Counted from the stretch's first letter, positions 25,353 through 40,178 are shown. The stretch: DNA of 64,000 nucleotides from Chrysomallon squamiferum (GCA_012295275.1 CM022665.1:46996001-47060000); one strand, 5' to 3'. Numbers and translations are program-made. Notes: generated by a model from the sequence alone, not told the origin.

Positions 25353-25970
25353 GTAATAATAATAAGAAGAAGAAGAAGAAGAAGAAGAAGAATATTAATT
25401 GTAATGAAAATAATAGAAACAATAAAAGCAGTAGTTAATAATAATAATAAGTCGAAAATGAAAAGTAATGAAAATGATCGTAATAAAACATAATAGTATA
25501 AACAGTTATAGATGTTGCTTTAGTAGCAGTAGCAGTAGTAATTAAAAGACGGAGAGTAATGTTAACGATAATGATAACAATAAAGACATAATAATAACAA
25601 TAAATATAATAAAAGAAGTAGTAAGTAATAGCAGTGAAAAGAAGAAGAGTAATGTTAAGGATAATAATAATAATAAGAAGAAGAAGAAGATAATGATAGT
25701 CATAAGAAATACATGTTAATGATAATGGTAACAATAAAAACATAAAATTAGTAAATACAGGAGTACTTATTATAGTAGTAGTAGCTGTAGCAGTGACAAT
25801 ATGAATAAAATAAAGCAGAGAAAGAATAGTAATGTTAATGATAATAGTAAATATAATAATAGAGTAATAGTAGTAGTAGTAGTAGTAATAATAAGAAAAT
25901 AAAGAAGTAGAAGACAAGAAATGGTTACTAGCAATGAATATAACAAAGTTATAGTAGTAATATTTGTGTT

Positions 25971-26006
<36 letters not shown>

Positions 26007-26408
26007 ACAATAATAATAAGAAAATGAAGAAGCAGAAGACAAGAAATAGTAATCTTAATGATAATGATTACTAGCAATGAATATAACAAAGTTATAGTAG
26101 TAGTATTTGTGTTGTAGTAGTTGTAACAAGATGAAGAAGAAGAAGAGGAAGGGCAGTGTTAATGATAGTGATAATAATAAAACAATAATGGTAAATAGTA
26201 AATAATTATTGTAATAGTAGTAGTAGTACTAATAGTACTAATAAAATAATAAGAAAAAGAAGAAGAGGAAGAATATTTTTTATAATAATGAAAACATAAT
26301 ACAAAATTTAATAGTAGTAGTTATAGTAGAGGTAATAAGAAGAGTAATATTAATGTTAGTGATAATAATTTAAACATAAGAAAAATAATTAAATAGATTT
26401 ATATGAAG

Positions 26409-26439
<31 letters not shown>

Positions 26440-26440
26440 A
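22547..26440. repeat. Low-complexity (AAT)n/(AAG)n/(TAG)n block with a 230-bp direct duplication and a ~220-300 bp composite satellite (8 copies, ~23570-25580)
   Basis: ATGATGAATGGATGAG at 22691 and 22921. The anchor AATGAAAATGATC recurs near 23590, 23806, 24110, 24345, 24624, 24899, 25177 and 25467. Confidence 0.9.
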
Positions 26441-29400
26441 CTATAAAACAGATAAATAGGTCTCACTGGTACCTTAAATGCAGCAACAAGGAGTCACCTG
26501 GTGAGTGATGACACCCCCACCTCAGAGTGGCTAATACAGGAACTCATATTTGAAAATGTGTTCTTGGGGGACTGTTCACCATAGGTACAGAACACAGTTA
26601 TATCAATATTTTTACTTCTGTCAGTATATTACATGATTGCAATGTCTTCTGTAATATTATATATAAGTTTTGGTGAATGAGTTGTTTGAACATTTAAATT
26701 TCTTTGATGTTTCAGTGATAATATTATCCTACACAAAACAAAGTTATATTTATCAAAGAAACAAATTTGGTTACATTTCTAAAATTGTGCATTTGAAAAA
26801 TGGATGAGTAAAAAGGAATAAGCTTAATTTAAATGTATTGCAAATTCCTAGCAAAAATAATTTGAAAGACATTAAAATAAAAATTCTAAAGCTTTTACTC
26901 ATTTAATAATTTTAGTGTTTCTTATTAATTTTTTTTCTCAGTATGAATATCTTTTCTGCAGACAATAAATCATTGAAACTTGAAAGCAAATCTCCATCAC
27001 TTACCAATTCACCTGTTTTGTTATTTCCCAATGCAAAACCTAGGTAATTGTATTAGAAACAAAATCAACACTGGATTTTTAAACAGAAAACAGTCCATAG
27101 GTACATTTGTGTGTGTGTTTGTGTTATCATTATTTATTTATTTATTTATTTATTTTTAGCTGTTTATATACTTGACATATAACATCTTAAACCCACACTT
27201 TCTTTTATTTTATACAAAATGTCTTAAACACAGCTATTGTGCCTTTATTTCATACATAACACCACTCATTTCTCTTGTATTTTATACAAAATATCTAAAC
27301 ACAACCACAGTGTCTTTTATTTCATACATAACATCATAACCCCACTAGTTTATCTTGTATTTTGTATATAATTATGCTTTAGTCCTGACATGCCCATTTA
27401 ATTTCATGCAACATGCCAACCTTGTTAGTCTCCCTTATATTTTATATGTAGCATACGAACCCAACCACACTCCCTTATTTGATGCTTGTTGTGAGAAGCC
27501 TATCATTCTCCTACGTATCTGATATGCACGGTCCCATATATACCAGCTTCGTCTTCTTCTTTTTTTTTTTCTTTCACGTACATAAACAATAAATAAATAA
27601 ATAATTAAAATTAAAACTTAATAAAAAAATAAATAAAAAATAAAAATCAGTAAATAAATAAAAGGTATAAAAATAAATCTACAGAAGGGATGCAGACTAA
27701 ATCATAATACATTTACCTGTATTTTGAAATGTAAGATTAACGTAGCCATACAACGAAACTGTCGTCGAAAGACATGATCGTCTGCTGTTATCTTCGCGCA
27801 CTTGTCAAAATGTGTTGTGGGGAAATTGTTAATCCTCACATAAGTAAATAAAGATGTACAAAATTATGTGATTAATTTATCAAATATCACAACAATTTCT
27901 TCAATACTGCTACCAATAGGAAATGAAAGTATATTTTGTAACCACGAACATCTTAAATGTAGTAAAACGGAGTTTTCAGCAGTGATGACGTCATTAACAA
28001 ATTGCTTACTGCTTGGCGGATATTTAATTTCTGTAAATATGGACAAGATTGTTTTCTCAGGTTTGAAAGACAAAATCATTTTGAAATTAGATTTTTCTTC
28101 TACGTTTTTTTTTTGTTTTAATTTTTGCTATGGATAATAGTAGGTATGTGGACAAACCCCACTAATCTGAAAATAAATAAGACAGTTGGGTAGAGCTTGT
28201 AAACCACTTTAAAATGATACCAAGATCAAGTGAATATGCAAAAAACTAAGGAAGTAGCAGCAATTTTAAACCCCCTAAAAAGCAATTTTTTTCGTCCGAT
28301 TAAACGCTATATTATTAATAGGTAATGAATTTCATTGTGTTTATTAGAAACAACAGCGGTGATGATGATAATGGTGACGATGATGTTGATAATAATAATA
28401 ATAATAATAAATTAATACAAGTTAGTAATGTCTGCATTTCTTTTTCGCCGCCCAGACAATATCAGTGGTCACAGTCAACCTTTTTAAGGAGGGAAATGCA
28501 ACAAAAACAAAAATGAAAGATAACTCTGTTAGTCATCGTTTCCGGATATCTTTTGACATGATATAACATAAATACGTAGGAAAACAGTGTGTGTCATCGT
28601 TCATTTTGAACAAATGCAAACGTCAGTATACAATCACGATATACACAGAGATATGTAATTTTTTATTATAATTTACTTTAGGCAAGAACTCTGAAGATGT
28701 AAACCAGAGTTAAACCGGTAATCTTGCATTAAAATTCATAACAATAATAATTTAATAATAATAATAAAAAGTGGTACAAAACAGTATAAGTCCGCTTTCG
28801 TTTTTTGACACAAGGACTTGACGGAGGCATCTCTTGCATAACCGGTGTTAAAGATAAATGTGCCCAGAAACTGAAAAGTAGTCAGTTATATATTTTTTAT
28901 CACTTGATCAGGTCTTTACCAAGTTTAATATTAAAATATATTTATCTGTCTTTATTATAAAATATATACTTACTGAATTTTAATCCTAACGTTTTACTGT
29001 AATATTATTAGAAAATACCACTTTATATTATTATTTATTTACATATTTATTAAAATGAACTGATCAGTTGTATCTTTTGTGCCAGGTGTAAGTGATAACA
29101 GATAAAGAACAGTTGTCAGTTGTAAAAAATAATTATGTCACAGAAAAAAAAAATCAGTTGTAAAAACAAATGGGCATGGTATATTCAATACAGAGAAACC
29201 TATAAAATGAAATAAAAATATTAATGTATTATATTATGGTAGATTAAAATTAATGTTTGAAAAAGAAACCTCTGATTAAAGTTAACAGTTATGTACTATG
29301 TAAAAATATTAGAAATATACACATTTCCCATATTGTCTGGTTTTAATGTGTGTGTGTGCGTGTGTTCATGTATGCACTTTCACACACTAAATATTCTTTA

Positions 29401-29483
29401 TTTTATAGGAGATGGCACTGGCAAATCCTCATATATCTGTTACAAAACCTCAGAATGAGCTAACTATCTTGATTTAATCAAGT

Positions 29484-31361
29484 ATGGAGAACAAGAGAAA
29501 AGAAATTGCAGAATTGTTGGATCTTCCATCGGAAATACTGCTTCTTATTTTGTCCTCTGTCAACTTTGACGATTTGTTCAGGTGATGAAATAAATGAAAG
29601 TCTTTATTAATTACCAGCCTGTCATACATTCTGATAATTTAGTTGGGTTGTAGTGAAGATAAATTAATGGAAACAATAAATTTATATTCTTTTCTTATTC
29701 ATTTATTAATTTTAAAGACTATTTACTGGTGTCTTGTTGAAAATGAAATTTGCGAGGACAGTTTGGTTATGTGTTAAAGGTAAATAATAATATTTTGATG
29801 ACAATTTTGTGACTTTGGTGACTCTAAAATCTGACTCCATAGGATATGTATTTAGCAGTATAATTTTCATTTAACTTTGATTTATTAATTAAAACAAATA
29901 ACTCTTGGCTTAAAAATGCATTAGAAAATGTATAGAAGTAAGTGGATTTCATTTTGAACATGTATTATAAATGATAATTGATAAATTAAAAAAAAAAGTC
30001 CTAGTGGACTTTGCCTTGGAGCCAGATGTTTGGCACACCCAGTATTTGAACTTGTGAGTTGTAATATTTCTAATCATTTTAATATTATTACTAATACATG
30101 TTCTTCACTAATAATTTAAAATCATTTTTTTAATACATGTTTATGCACATGGTTGACTGCTGTGAAATTTTAATATATGTTTCTAATATGAGTAATGTTT
30201 TATAATCATGGTAAATGTATTATATACTTATATAATATATATTTATTATAAGAGGAAATACATTAACAGTTAAAGTGTTATTATAATAAGAGGAAATATA
30301 TATATATATTTCTATTAACAGTTAAAGTGATATAAGTATGTAATACGTATTTATAATAACAGTAAATATGTTACATATGTAATAGTTGTAATATATATTT
30401 CAGTCAACAGTAAATGTTATAATTATGTAATGTATATTTATCAAAATAGCAGTAAATACGTTAATGTTATATAATATGTATTCCTAATGTATAGCAGTAA
30501 ATGTGTTATATTTATGTTTACGGTATTTTTTGTATATTTGTAAATGTTTTTCAGGTTATCCGAGGTGTGCCGTCGACTCTATGACGTCACCTGTAATGAA
30601 AATTTGTGGAAGAATCAATGTCACGTTCAGTTTCTTCTTGACACGTAAGTGATTGCTTTACATAAATTAAAGTATCAGAGATTTTTTTTTTTAAAGCTTT
30701 TTTATAAGGACTTTTTGTCTTCCTGGAAATATCCACTGTTACTGGAAGTGATAATGATTTTGTATCGCTCGTTTGTTACAGCATATATAAATAACAGTAA
30801 AAATTTAGATTCAGGTGTTGAGGAAAAAAGTATCTGTAAATGATAGAATTAATCAGTTTTACATTATTTTGTTGTGAAGATTATACAAGTGATAATATGT
30901 TCTGATGCTGTCACAGTTATAAAAGAACAAACATATTTGTAACCTAAACAAATACTAAAAGGTGTAAGTAACTGACATGTATGTTTAAGCATATATCTCC
31001 ACACGAAGGAGTGTTTTTATGTTGTTCTTGTTACCTAATGCTGGTGTATGATCAGATATGAACACAACAATCACAGAAAGGTAATTGTAAATGCAGGTTC
31101 ATTATAAAAACAAAATTTAAAAAAACACACCCAAAAACATCATTATCGTGGTTTTCTTGTAGTCCATTTTGATTTAGAATCACATCACAAGTTTTTTCTT
31201 ATAATACCAATATTATTTATTGGCCAATATGTAATAGTAGCTAGTCCATAACCTTGGTTACTTGAGGTGCACATTGCAATATATATATATACATTTTATA
31301 TATTATATTGCAATGTGCACCTCAAGTAAAGGGTTAAATTTTTTATTCAGACCAGTATATG

Positions 31362-31433
<72 letters not shown>

Positions 31434-34400
31434 TACACACACACACATTAAAAGCATAGTTTTAAGATAAATGAAAATAATGGTGTGTGTATCACTGCCA
31501 GGTACATGAGGTAATCTGTTTTAAATCGCAGGTGTCCTGAAGATCTCAGCTGGAAGCAGCTTTTCCTGAGATACCACAGCGAGTATGGACAGTGTATCCC
31601 GGTGTACAGAACAGTACGCGAGGCATGGAACAAGATCGAGAAGGTTCTAGAAACAATGGACGAAGAGAAATCTCCACAACTGAACGGTGATTAAATTAAA
31701 TAAGAAAGTTACAAGTCCAAGCGTCTCCTCTTATGTATGCAAGGAAAGGTTCTAGAATTTTGTGATTTCAAAATTCAGGTCAAGAATATTTTAGAAAATG
31801 GCGCAAATCTATGATGTTAATGAAAAGTGTTTAAATGTTAAAAGGAATAATACAGCAAAAAAAAAACACAAAAAAACCAAAGAAGTGAAAACTGTACTTT
31901 TTAAGTTCATTAATATAATACTAAAAGAATAAAACTAACCATTTCAGTATAATGCACAAAATTTAATAATGAATCAATGATATTTTACTCTAGAATAACA
32001 GTGAATTGTCCCGGATATATCCTTGAAATGTAATAAATTGTAATGTGTTTAGAAATGTTAAAACTTAATAGGGACTGCGTCTGAATGTTTTGAGTTCTCA
32101 TCATAAGTTTTAGGGTTTATCAGATCAATCCCCCTTGCATCTGCTTATCAGTTTTGTCGTTACTGCTCTACTAGTTGTTACTGGAATCTGAGTCAGGTGC
32201 TTTTGTCTCTTGGGGGAAAATATATTTAAAAAAGATCCCTTTCTGCTGATACAGACGTATCCTTGAATTTGGGTCATATAATGGCATGAAACACATCCAA
32301 AAAATGTTTCTCCAAAAAACAACTTTGATACCTGTTGCATATGATTTACATATGGATAATATACCAATAACACATTCTCTTCAAATTTTTTTTTTTTTTT
32401 TTGACTTTAATACCTTTACAGTCATAAAGAAGCAGGCTTTAATACTTATCTTCTTAATGACTGTAACTGAATTTTGAGGTACTTAATCATAACCTTAAAT
32501 GTTGCCATCCATGATTCTGTTTGAGAATTTCAGTGCTGAGTTGCTTCTAAAAGTATTCCGTCTCATAAAACGTTTGATGGTAATAATTTTATTTGTTAAA
32601 TCTGTTCCAAAACTGATCAGTGAACTGGGATTGATTTTCAGGTCCAGCCACTGAAGAAGAAATCCGAGCGGCAGAAAGCAGAATGCACTGCAGATTTCCA
32701 GATGATCTTCGCTGTTCTTTGAAAATACACAACGGCCAGAGACTGGAAGGGTTTGGGTGGGTTACAGAACAGAGATCTCTCTTTACTTTAATAAAAGTGT
32801 TCTTATAAACAACAGTAAATAAATACATTTTTATTTTTAACTGTTTAGCATTTTTGTTAGGACATGAAAATTGTTAGCAGTGAATATATATATATATAAT
32901 GGATAGAAAACTGGTTTAATAAAAATAAAAGGACTGTCTTTCCATCTAACTAGTCTGTCTTTCAGTCTGTCTGTCTTTATATCTACTTATCAATCTGTGT
33001 TTTAATCTATCTATCTATCTCTATATAGGTAACAGTAAAAATCAAACAGTGCAGAAAAAACAAATTTATATATATATCATTAACATAAACAAAGAATGTT
33101 AATACTCTTCTAGAATTATGCATCTTCAAACTTCTAATACTCTTTTAAAATTGACATTTGACAACTGTTAATTTTGAAATATACTTTCTCAAAAGATACA
33201 TGTTAAAATTTAATTTTTTCGAGATACATGCTAAAATTTAATTTATACCCAAAGATATATTTTAAAATTACTTGTCTCCAACGACACATGCTAAAATTTA
33301 ATTTTATACAAGGGAATAATTTACCATGTACTAATCACTAAAGATATTTTTTCAACTACTCATTAAACATTTTTGATTCCATCAGAAAATTAAGTTGCTG
33401 AAACAAATAACAACAGTAATATTATGTAAAATAATAATATAATATAACATACTATAATGGGCTTTTTTTTATACTTTCTTAATATTATATTTTAATTTCG
33501 ATATTTTTACTTTTGTTTTGCAGACTTTATGGTTCTGTCACTATATCCAGCTACTTTCAGTCACAAAGCATTCTAGATTGTAACTTCATGGCCGATCATT
33601 TTGAAGTAAGAAAATATTTTTGACTATCTTAACGAGCAGCGTTTGATAAATCTACCAGATTCATTTTATTATTATGAGAAGAATTAAAATAATTTGGATG
33701 CTGAAGAAACCTGACAGATGATAAATAAACATTTATTTTAAATTATTTAAATCATTTTTCCATTTCATTCTGTATAATTCATTCATTTAATGATATTAAT
33801 AACATATTATTATTATTATATTTTTTGTTTTATTTGATTTTAGGTGGGTAATAGAGTTTTACAGTCAGATGGTCACATGATCAGTTTCCACTGTTTGTGT
33901 CCTGTTCTTTTGAGCACCTTGTTTTAACTTTTTTGATTTTTTTTTTTTTCTTTCTATAAATTAAAAAAACAAAATGATATCAGTGATGGGTAAAAAAAAT
34001 CAATTTTCAGAAATATAAACATTATCAACAATTAAATGGTGAGAGAAAAAAATTTTGAATGTTGAAATAAAATGTGTTGACAATTAAAAAAAATTGTAGT
34101 ATTATTATTATTATTTTTTTGTTTTGTTTTGTTTGTTTGTTTGTTAAGAAAGACATTGGCAAAACTGCAGGCTCAGTGCCCATAACTTTCTGTAACAGAA
34201 GTGACAGTTCTCAGTACCTGGCCATTTTGCCCACAGCTGGCTACCCAGTAGGACGAGTGTACATCCCTGTGAAAGACCACGTCTCAGATAAACACGATTA
34301 CGATCACTTCATTACAGGTAAATCACAGGTTCACGTTCTTCGTTTCGTGATTTGGTTATTGTTTTTCTTGGGTGTGTTATTTTTATTTCATTTTTTATTT

Positions 34401-34501
34401 TTTTTTTTTTTTTTTTTTATTATAATTTATGTTTCTTGATTTGTGATGTTTATTCAGAAACTGTCTCGTTTTTCTCAAATGTTTGCTGTAATTATAATGT
34501 A

Positions 34502-34547
<46 letters not shown>

Positions 34548-35655
34548 TTCATATAAACACATACTGATGCACATAGACACATACACAAATTAAAACACCC
34601 ACGCACACACAAATACTAATACACACGCACACAATGCTTTGAATTTTAATAAATGAAGTATCAAACTTTGCTATTATTCTTGTTGAATTTAGAACAGTTG
34701 TAATTTCCTTGTATCAAACAGAAAATCTTTTACTTTGGTGCACATAGGGAGTATTGTGTTTTCTTTTTATTTGTTGTTTGTTTTGTTTTATTGAGTGGTT
34801 GGGGTTTGTGTGTTGTTGTTTTTTTAAATTATTTTCTTTTTGTTTTGTTGTCTTTTTTTCTTTTGACTGCAGATTTTTACCAAAGACATTATTTGTTGTC
34901 TGTTTTGTTTTAGTCTTTTTTTTTTAATTATTATTTTATTATTTTATTTATTTATTTGTTTATTTATTTGTTTATTTCTTTGTTTCTTTGTTTCTTTGTT
35001 TGTTTCTTTCTTTCTTTATTAATTAATTAATTTATTTATTTACTTTTGTATTTATTTATTTATTTGTTTGTTTTTATTATTGTTTTGTTTTTTAAGTTAT
35101 TTAATTTTTTTGTTTTTTTTATTACGTTTTTTTTTTAAATATTTTATTTGTTGTATGTTTTGCGGGTTATTTTTAACATTATTTGTTGTTATGCAGTATT
35201 GTCTTTTATTTTATTTGTTGTTTTTATGTTTTATTGTGGGTTTTTTGTTGTGTTTTTTTAATTTTGTTTGAATTTGATTTAATTTAATTTATTACTTGTT
35301 GTTACTATTAGTTTATATTATATTACATTATTACATTACACTATTTTATTTTATTTTATTTTATTTTATTTTATTTTATTTTATTTTATTTTATTTTATT
35401 TTATTTTATTTTATTTTATTTTACTATTTTATTTTATTATTTTTATTTATTTATTTATTTTATTTTTATTTTTTTTTTTTTTATAATTAATTTTTTAAAT
35501 TTTATTTTGTATTTTTGTATTTATTTTATTTTATAATTATTTTATATAATATTATTGTTGTTATTTGTTTCAGGAAGTTCGTTTTCTCAGTGGCTTGCTG
35601 ACCTTGCAGAGAAACTTAGCAACTTTTATCCAAAAATACAGGGAATTTATTTCCG
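29484..35655 (+). CDS. FBXO3: F-box only protein 3-like (F-box + SMI1/KNR4 region; ApaG-domain exons not seen, 3'-partial before the gap)
   Basis: Phase-consistent exons 29484-29581 (MENK...[14 protein letters not shown]), 30555-30644 ([22 protein letters not shown]), 31532-31686 (WKQLFL...AWNKIEKVL), 32642-32756 ([33 protein letters not shown]), 33524-33605, 34149-34317 (VPITFC...SQYLA), 35574-35655 (GSSFSQWL...IYFR). Collinear with my recollection of vertebrate FBXO3 (KLPDDYRCSYRIHNGQ, LPLTFC, SQYIA, GATFTDWF). Confidence 0.88.
31250..31338. mobile_element. Short palindromic element (perfect 26-bp inverted repeat); possible miniature piggyBac-like MITE
   Basis: TTACTTGAGGTGCACATTGCAATATA (31258-31283) is the exact reverse complement of 31304-31329. 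The right end reads AAGGGTTAA; the left end is degenerate (ATAACCTTGG). Confidence 0.45.
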
Positions 35656-35901
35656 GTCAGTTTACTGTTATTATTTTCATTTCTTTTACTAAAGTTTATC
35701 TGTGTGTCAACATGAGTAAAATACATTTATTTCTGTTATTATTGACACAGACCCTGCAAAACAAAAGAAACAACTTGTCACTGTTTTTATGATTAAATCT
35801 TTGTTAATAATAAAGTTTGACAAAATTTCAAAAATTCAGTACAGACTGAGTTATTGTAAAGCTGCAACATTGTTTAGTAAACGTTTTGTTATTTCTGGAT
35901 G

Positions 35902-36101
35902 NNNNNNNNNNNNNNNNNNNNNNNNNNNNNNNNNNNNNNNNNNNNNNNNNNNNNNNNNNNNNNNNNNNNNNNNNNNNNNNNNNNNNNNNNNNNNNNNNNN
36001 NNNNNNNNNNNNNNNNNNNNNNNNNNNNNNNNNNNNNNNNNNNNNNNNNNNNNNNNNNNNNNNNNNNNNNNNNNNNNNNNNNNNNNNNNNNNNNNNNNNN
36101 N
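35902..36101. other. Assembly gap (200 N)
   Basis: Run of N. The round length suggests a placeholder of unknown true size. Confidence 0.99.
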
Positions 36102-36452
36102 AGAAGGAAACTATCTACTTTCTCAGTTACTGCAGTGACCCCCTCATTCACTGTTAGTTTGTAATGTTTCAAGACTGACACGAGGTCTCATGTACGTTTT
36201 CTTATCTATCCACTGAAAAAAATATCCGTAGAGAACCATGTGTAAAGCTTTTCAGTTAAGGTAATCTTCACTGACTGGATTCCTGGTCCAGCACTTCAGT
36301 AAAGCATCTTTGCATTCTTAATGCTTCACTAGAATGTGTTTCAGTCTGTTCGCTCAACACTAAAGCGGTTTTCAATTATTACTCAAGTTCCCAATGATTT
36401 TAAAATAAAATGCATGTGGCTTTCACAATTTTCAAATATTTATTTATATTTA

Positions 36453-36511
<59 letters not shown>

Positions 36512-37365
36512 CTTCTCTAAGAAAGTAAATATAACGTAATATAAAGAAAAAATATATAATGGAATTAAATCTGAATTTTATTTATTTATTCATTTCTTTA
36601 TTTATTTATTTTTGCATAATGCGGTAACAGGGAGATCTCATATTAAAAAAGAATTTCAGTTTCTCATAATCAAACAAAAAAAAGTTAATGATAAAGAAGA
36701 AAAAATAAAAATAAAATACATTTTAAAAAAATATGAAAGAGAAAGAATAAGAAAAAAATAAAAAGCGCGTATGAAAAGATGGAAAAGAAAAGAAAGGAAA
36801 ATAAAACGTGAAAATAAAAAATATCCTTTGTACGTTAAATTAATTACAAATTAAAAAGTGTAGTTTAATTAGACGCAAAATATACTTGAGAAATGATACA
36901 GAAAGAAAAGAAGAAAAAATTAAATAATGTAAAAAGAAAAAAGTTACAATAATTTTTACATCAGATAAATCAACAATTCATTAAATTATGCATAGTAAAA
37001 CATTAGACATAATTGTCAAAACATTTTCCACATTTATTATTTACTTTGAATACTTTTCCAGCTTCATCATTAAATTATTTTATACAAGTAGATTTTTTTT
37101 TTTATATACTAGAGATAAATTTTCGATTTATAATTTTAACAAAACTTTCTTTTCTTCTGTCATTTTGTTTTAACTTTTTTAAACTATGAATTTTTAATTT
37201 ATTTATTTATTTATTTTTTTGTTGTTGTTGTTTTTCTTTTAGGATTTCGAAAAACAAAGATATTTCAGAATACATATACATCTAGCTAAAACAAATAAAA
37301 TAAAAATAAATAAATAAAACTGCGTAGTAGTGTTTTATGATCAAATTATGTTTTCCTCTTTTCAA

Positions 37366-40178
37366 ATTCCAGAGTTTTATGGTTTAGTTTATTATTTCAG
37401 AAAAATCTCTTGGAGTCACCTGTACTGATACAGTGGAATGTTCTGATCCTAACGCTGAATGTGCTAGTGGTGTCTGTAGTTGTAAAACAAACTTCTATAA
37501 AGACACTCAAAACAGTTGTCAACCAAGTACGTTAAACGAAATGAAACGTCACTTTATTAAAAAAAGAAAATAATAAACACGAAAATATAATATCTATTAT
37601 GATTATATAGTGACAAACTACCTGAATTACGTAATTTTTGCATTTATACAAGTATCTTTTTATTTATTTATTTATTTATTTATATAATGTGGTATTTAAT
37701 TATTTATATTATATGGTTACTAATAATTTCAGGTTTATAACTACTATGAAATATTTTCTTCATTTTTGAAAAGAATACTTTTCAGAAATATAAATAACTA
37801 TGAAAGAAAATTTAAAAAAAAAAGAAAAAAACAAATAGAAATGAAAAAATTGGTTTTAATTTTTTTTAAATAAACGGAATTTCATTATATTGTGCGATTT
37901 AGATAAATACAAAAGCACTTAATAATAGAAATTTCTTTGAAAACCATTATTTCAAATACCACTCAAATGTTTTGGTTTTCGTTTTTGTTGTTGTGTTTAT
38001 TGTTTTCAGAATACTATTCCAGTGTTTTATGGTTTATTTTATTATTTCAGAAAAATCTCTTGGAGTCACCTGTACTGATACAGTGGAATGTTCTGATCCT
38101 AACGCTGAATGTGCTAGTGGTGTCTGTAGTTGTAAAACAAACTTCTATAAAGACACTCAAAACAGTTGTCAACCAAGTACGTTAAACGAAATGAAACGTC
38201 ACTTTATTAAAAAAAGAAAATAATAAACACGAAAATATAATATCTATTATGATTATATAGTGACAAACTACCTGAATTACGTAATTTTTGTATACTTATT
38301 TATCTATTTTTATTAATATCATATGGTTACTAATTATTTCAGGTCTATAACTACTAAGAAATATTCTCTTTACTTTCCAAAAGAATATATTTCAGATACA
38401 AATAATTATGAAAGTTATTTAAACAAAGAAGAAAAAACAATAGAAATGAAAGAAAATGAATAATCTTTTTTTTTAAACGAAATTTCATTATATTGTGCGA
38501 TTTAGATAAATACAAAAGCACTTAATAATAGAAATTTCTTTGAAAACCATTATTTCAAATACCACTCAAATGTTTTGGTTTTCGTTTTTGTTGTTGTGTT
38601 TATTGTTTTCAGAATACTATTCCAGTGTTTTATGGTTTAGTTTATTATTTCAGAAAAATCTCTTGGAGTCACCTGTACTGATACAGTGGAATGTTCTGAT
38701 CCTAACGCTGAATGTGCTAGTGGTGTCTGTAGTTGTAAAACAAACTTCTATAAAGACACTCAAAACAGTTGTCAACCAAGTACGTTAAACGAAATGAAAC
38801 GTCACTTTATTAAAAAAAGAAAATAATAAACACGAAAATATAATATCTATTATGATTATATAGTGACAAACTACCTGAATTACGTAATTTTTGCATTTAT
38901 ACAAGTATATTTTTATTTATTTATTTATTTTTTATTTAATTTATTTATTAATGGTAATTTATTTATTTTATTATTAGGTAATTAATATAATGTGGTTACT
39001 AATAAATTCAGATTTATAACTACTATGAAATATTTTCTTCATTTTTGAAAAGAATACTTTTGAAATATAAATAACTATGGAAGAGAATGTAAAAAGAAAG
39101 GAAACAAAACAATTTTCATTGTTTATTGTGTTTTTACAATTTATTTTAAGAAACGGAATTTCACTATATTGTTCGATTTACATAAATAGAAAAATTACTT
39201 CATAATAGAAATTCTTTAAAAAACCTTTATTTTTATTTTCCTTTTTGTTGTTGTTGTTGTGATTGTTTTCAGAATACTATTCCAGTGTTTTATGGTTTAG
39301 TTTATTATTTCAGAAAAATCTCTTGGAGTCACCTGTACTGATACAGTGGAATGTTCTGATCCTAACGCTGAATGTGCTAGTGGTGTCTGTAGTTGTAAAA
39401 CAAACTTCTATAAAGACACTCAAAACAGTTGTCAACCAAGTACGTTAAACGAAATGAAACGTCACTTTATTAAAAAAAGAAAATAATAAACACGAAAATA
39501 TAATATCTATTATGATTATATAGTGACAAACTACCTGAATTACGTAATTTTTGTATACTTATTTATCTATTTTTATTAATATCATATGGTTACTAATTAT
39601 TTCAGGTCTATAACTACTAAGAAATATTCTCTTTACTTTCCAAAAGAATATATTTCAGATACAAATAATTATGAAAGTTATTTAAACAAAGAAGAAAAAA
39701 CAATAGAAATGAAAGAAAATGAATAATCTTTTTTTTTAAACGAAATTTCATTATATTGTGCGATTTAGATAAATACAAAAGCACTTAATAATAGAAATTT
39801 CTTTGAAAACCATTATTTCAAATACCACTCAAATGTTTTGGTTTTCGTTTTTGTTGTTATTGTTGTGATTGTTTTCAGAATACTATTCCAGTGTTTTATG
39901 GTTTAGTTTATTATTTCAGAAAAATCTCTTGGAGTCACCTGTACTGATACAGTGGAATGTTCTGATCCTAACGCTGAATGTGCTAGTGGTGTCTGTAGTT
40001 GTAAAACAAACTTCTATAAAGACACTCAAAACAGTTGTCAACCAAGTACGTTAAACGAAATGAAACGTCACTTTATTAAAAAAAGAAAATAATAAACACG
40101 AAAATATAATATCTATTATGATTATATAGTGACAAACTACCTGAATTACGTAATTTTTGCATTTATACAAGTATCTTT

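Noticed and set aside
26455-26600. GC-richer patch starting AACAAGGAGTCACCTGGTGAG, possibly a transposon end or exon
   Set aside because: No matching second terminus, TSD or convincing ORF; cannot be classified without a repeat library.
27170-33320. Faint degenerate tandem repeats at ~27170-27480, ~30240-30520 and ~33180-33320
   Set aside because: Ordinary decayed AT-rich minisatellites with no link to splice sites or coding sequence that I could see.
35789-36181. ORFs spanning X runs
   Set aside because: Created by the N gap.
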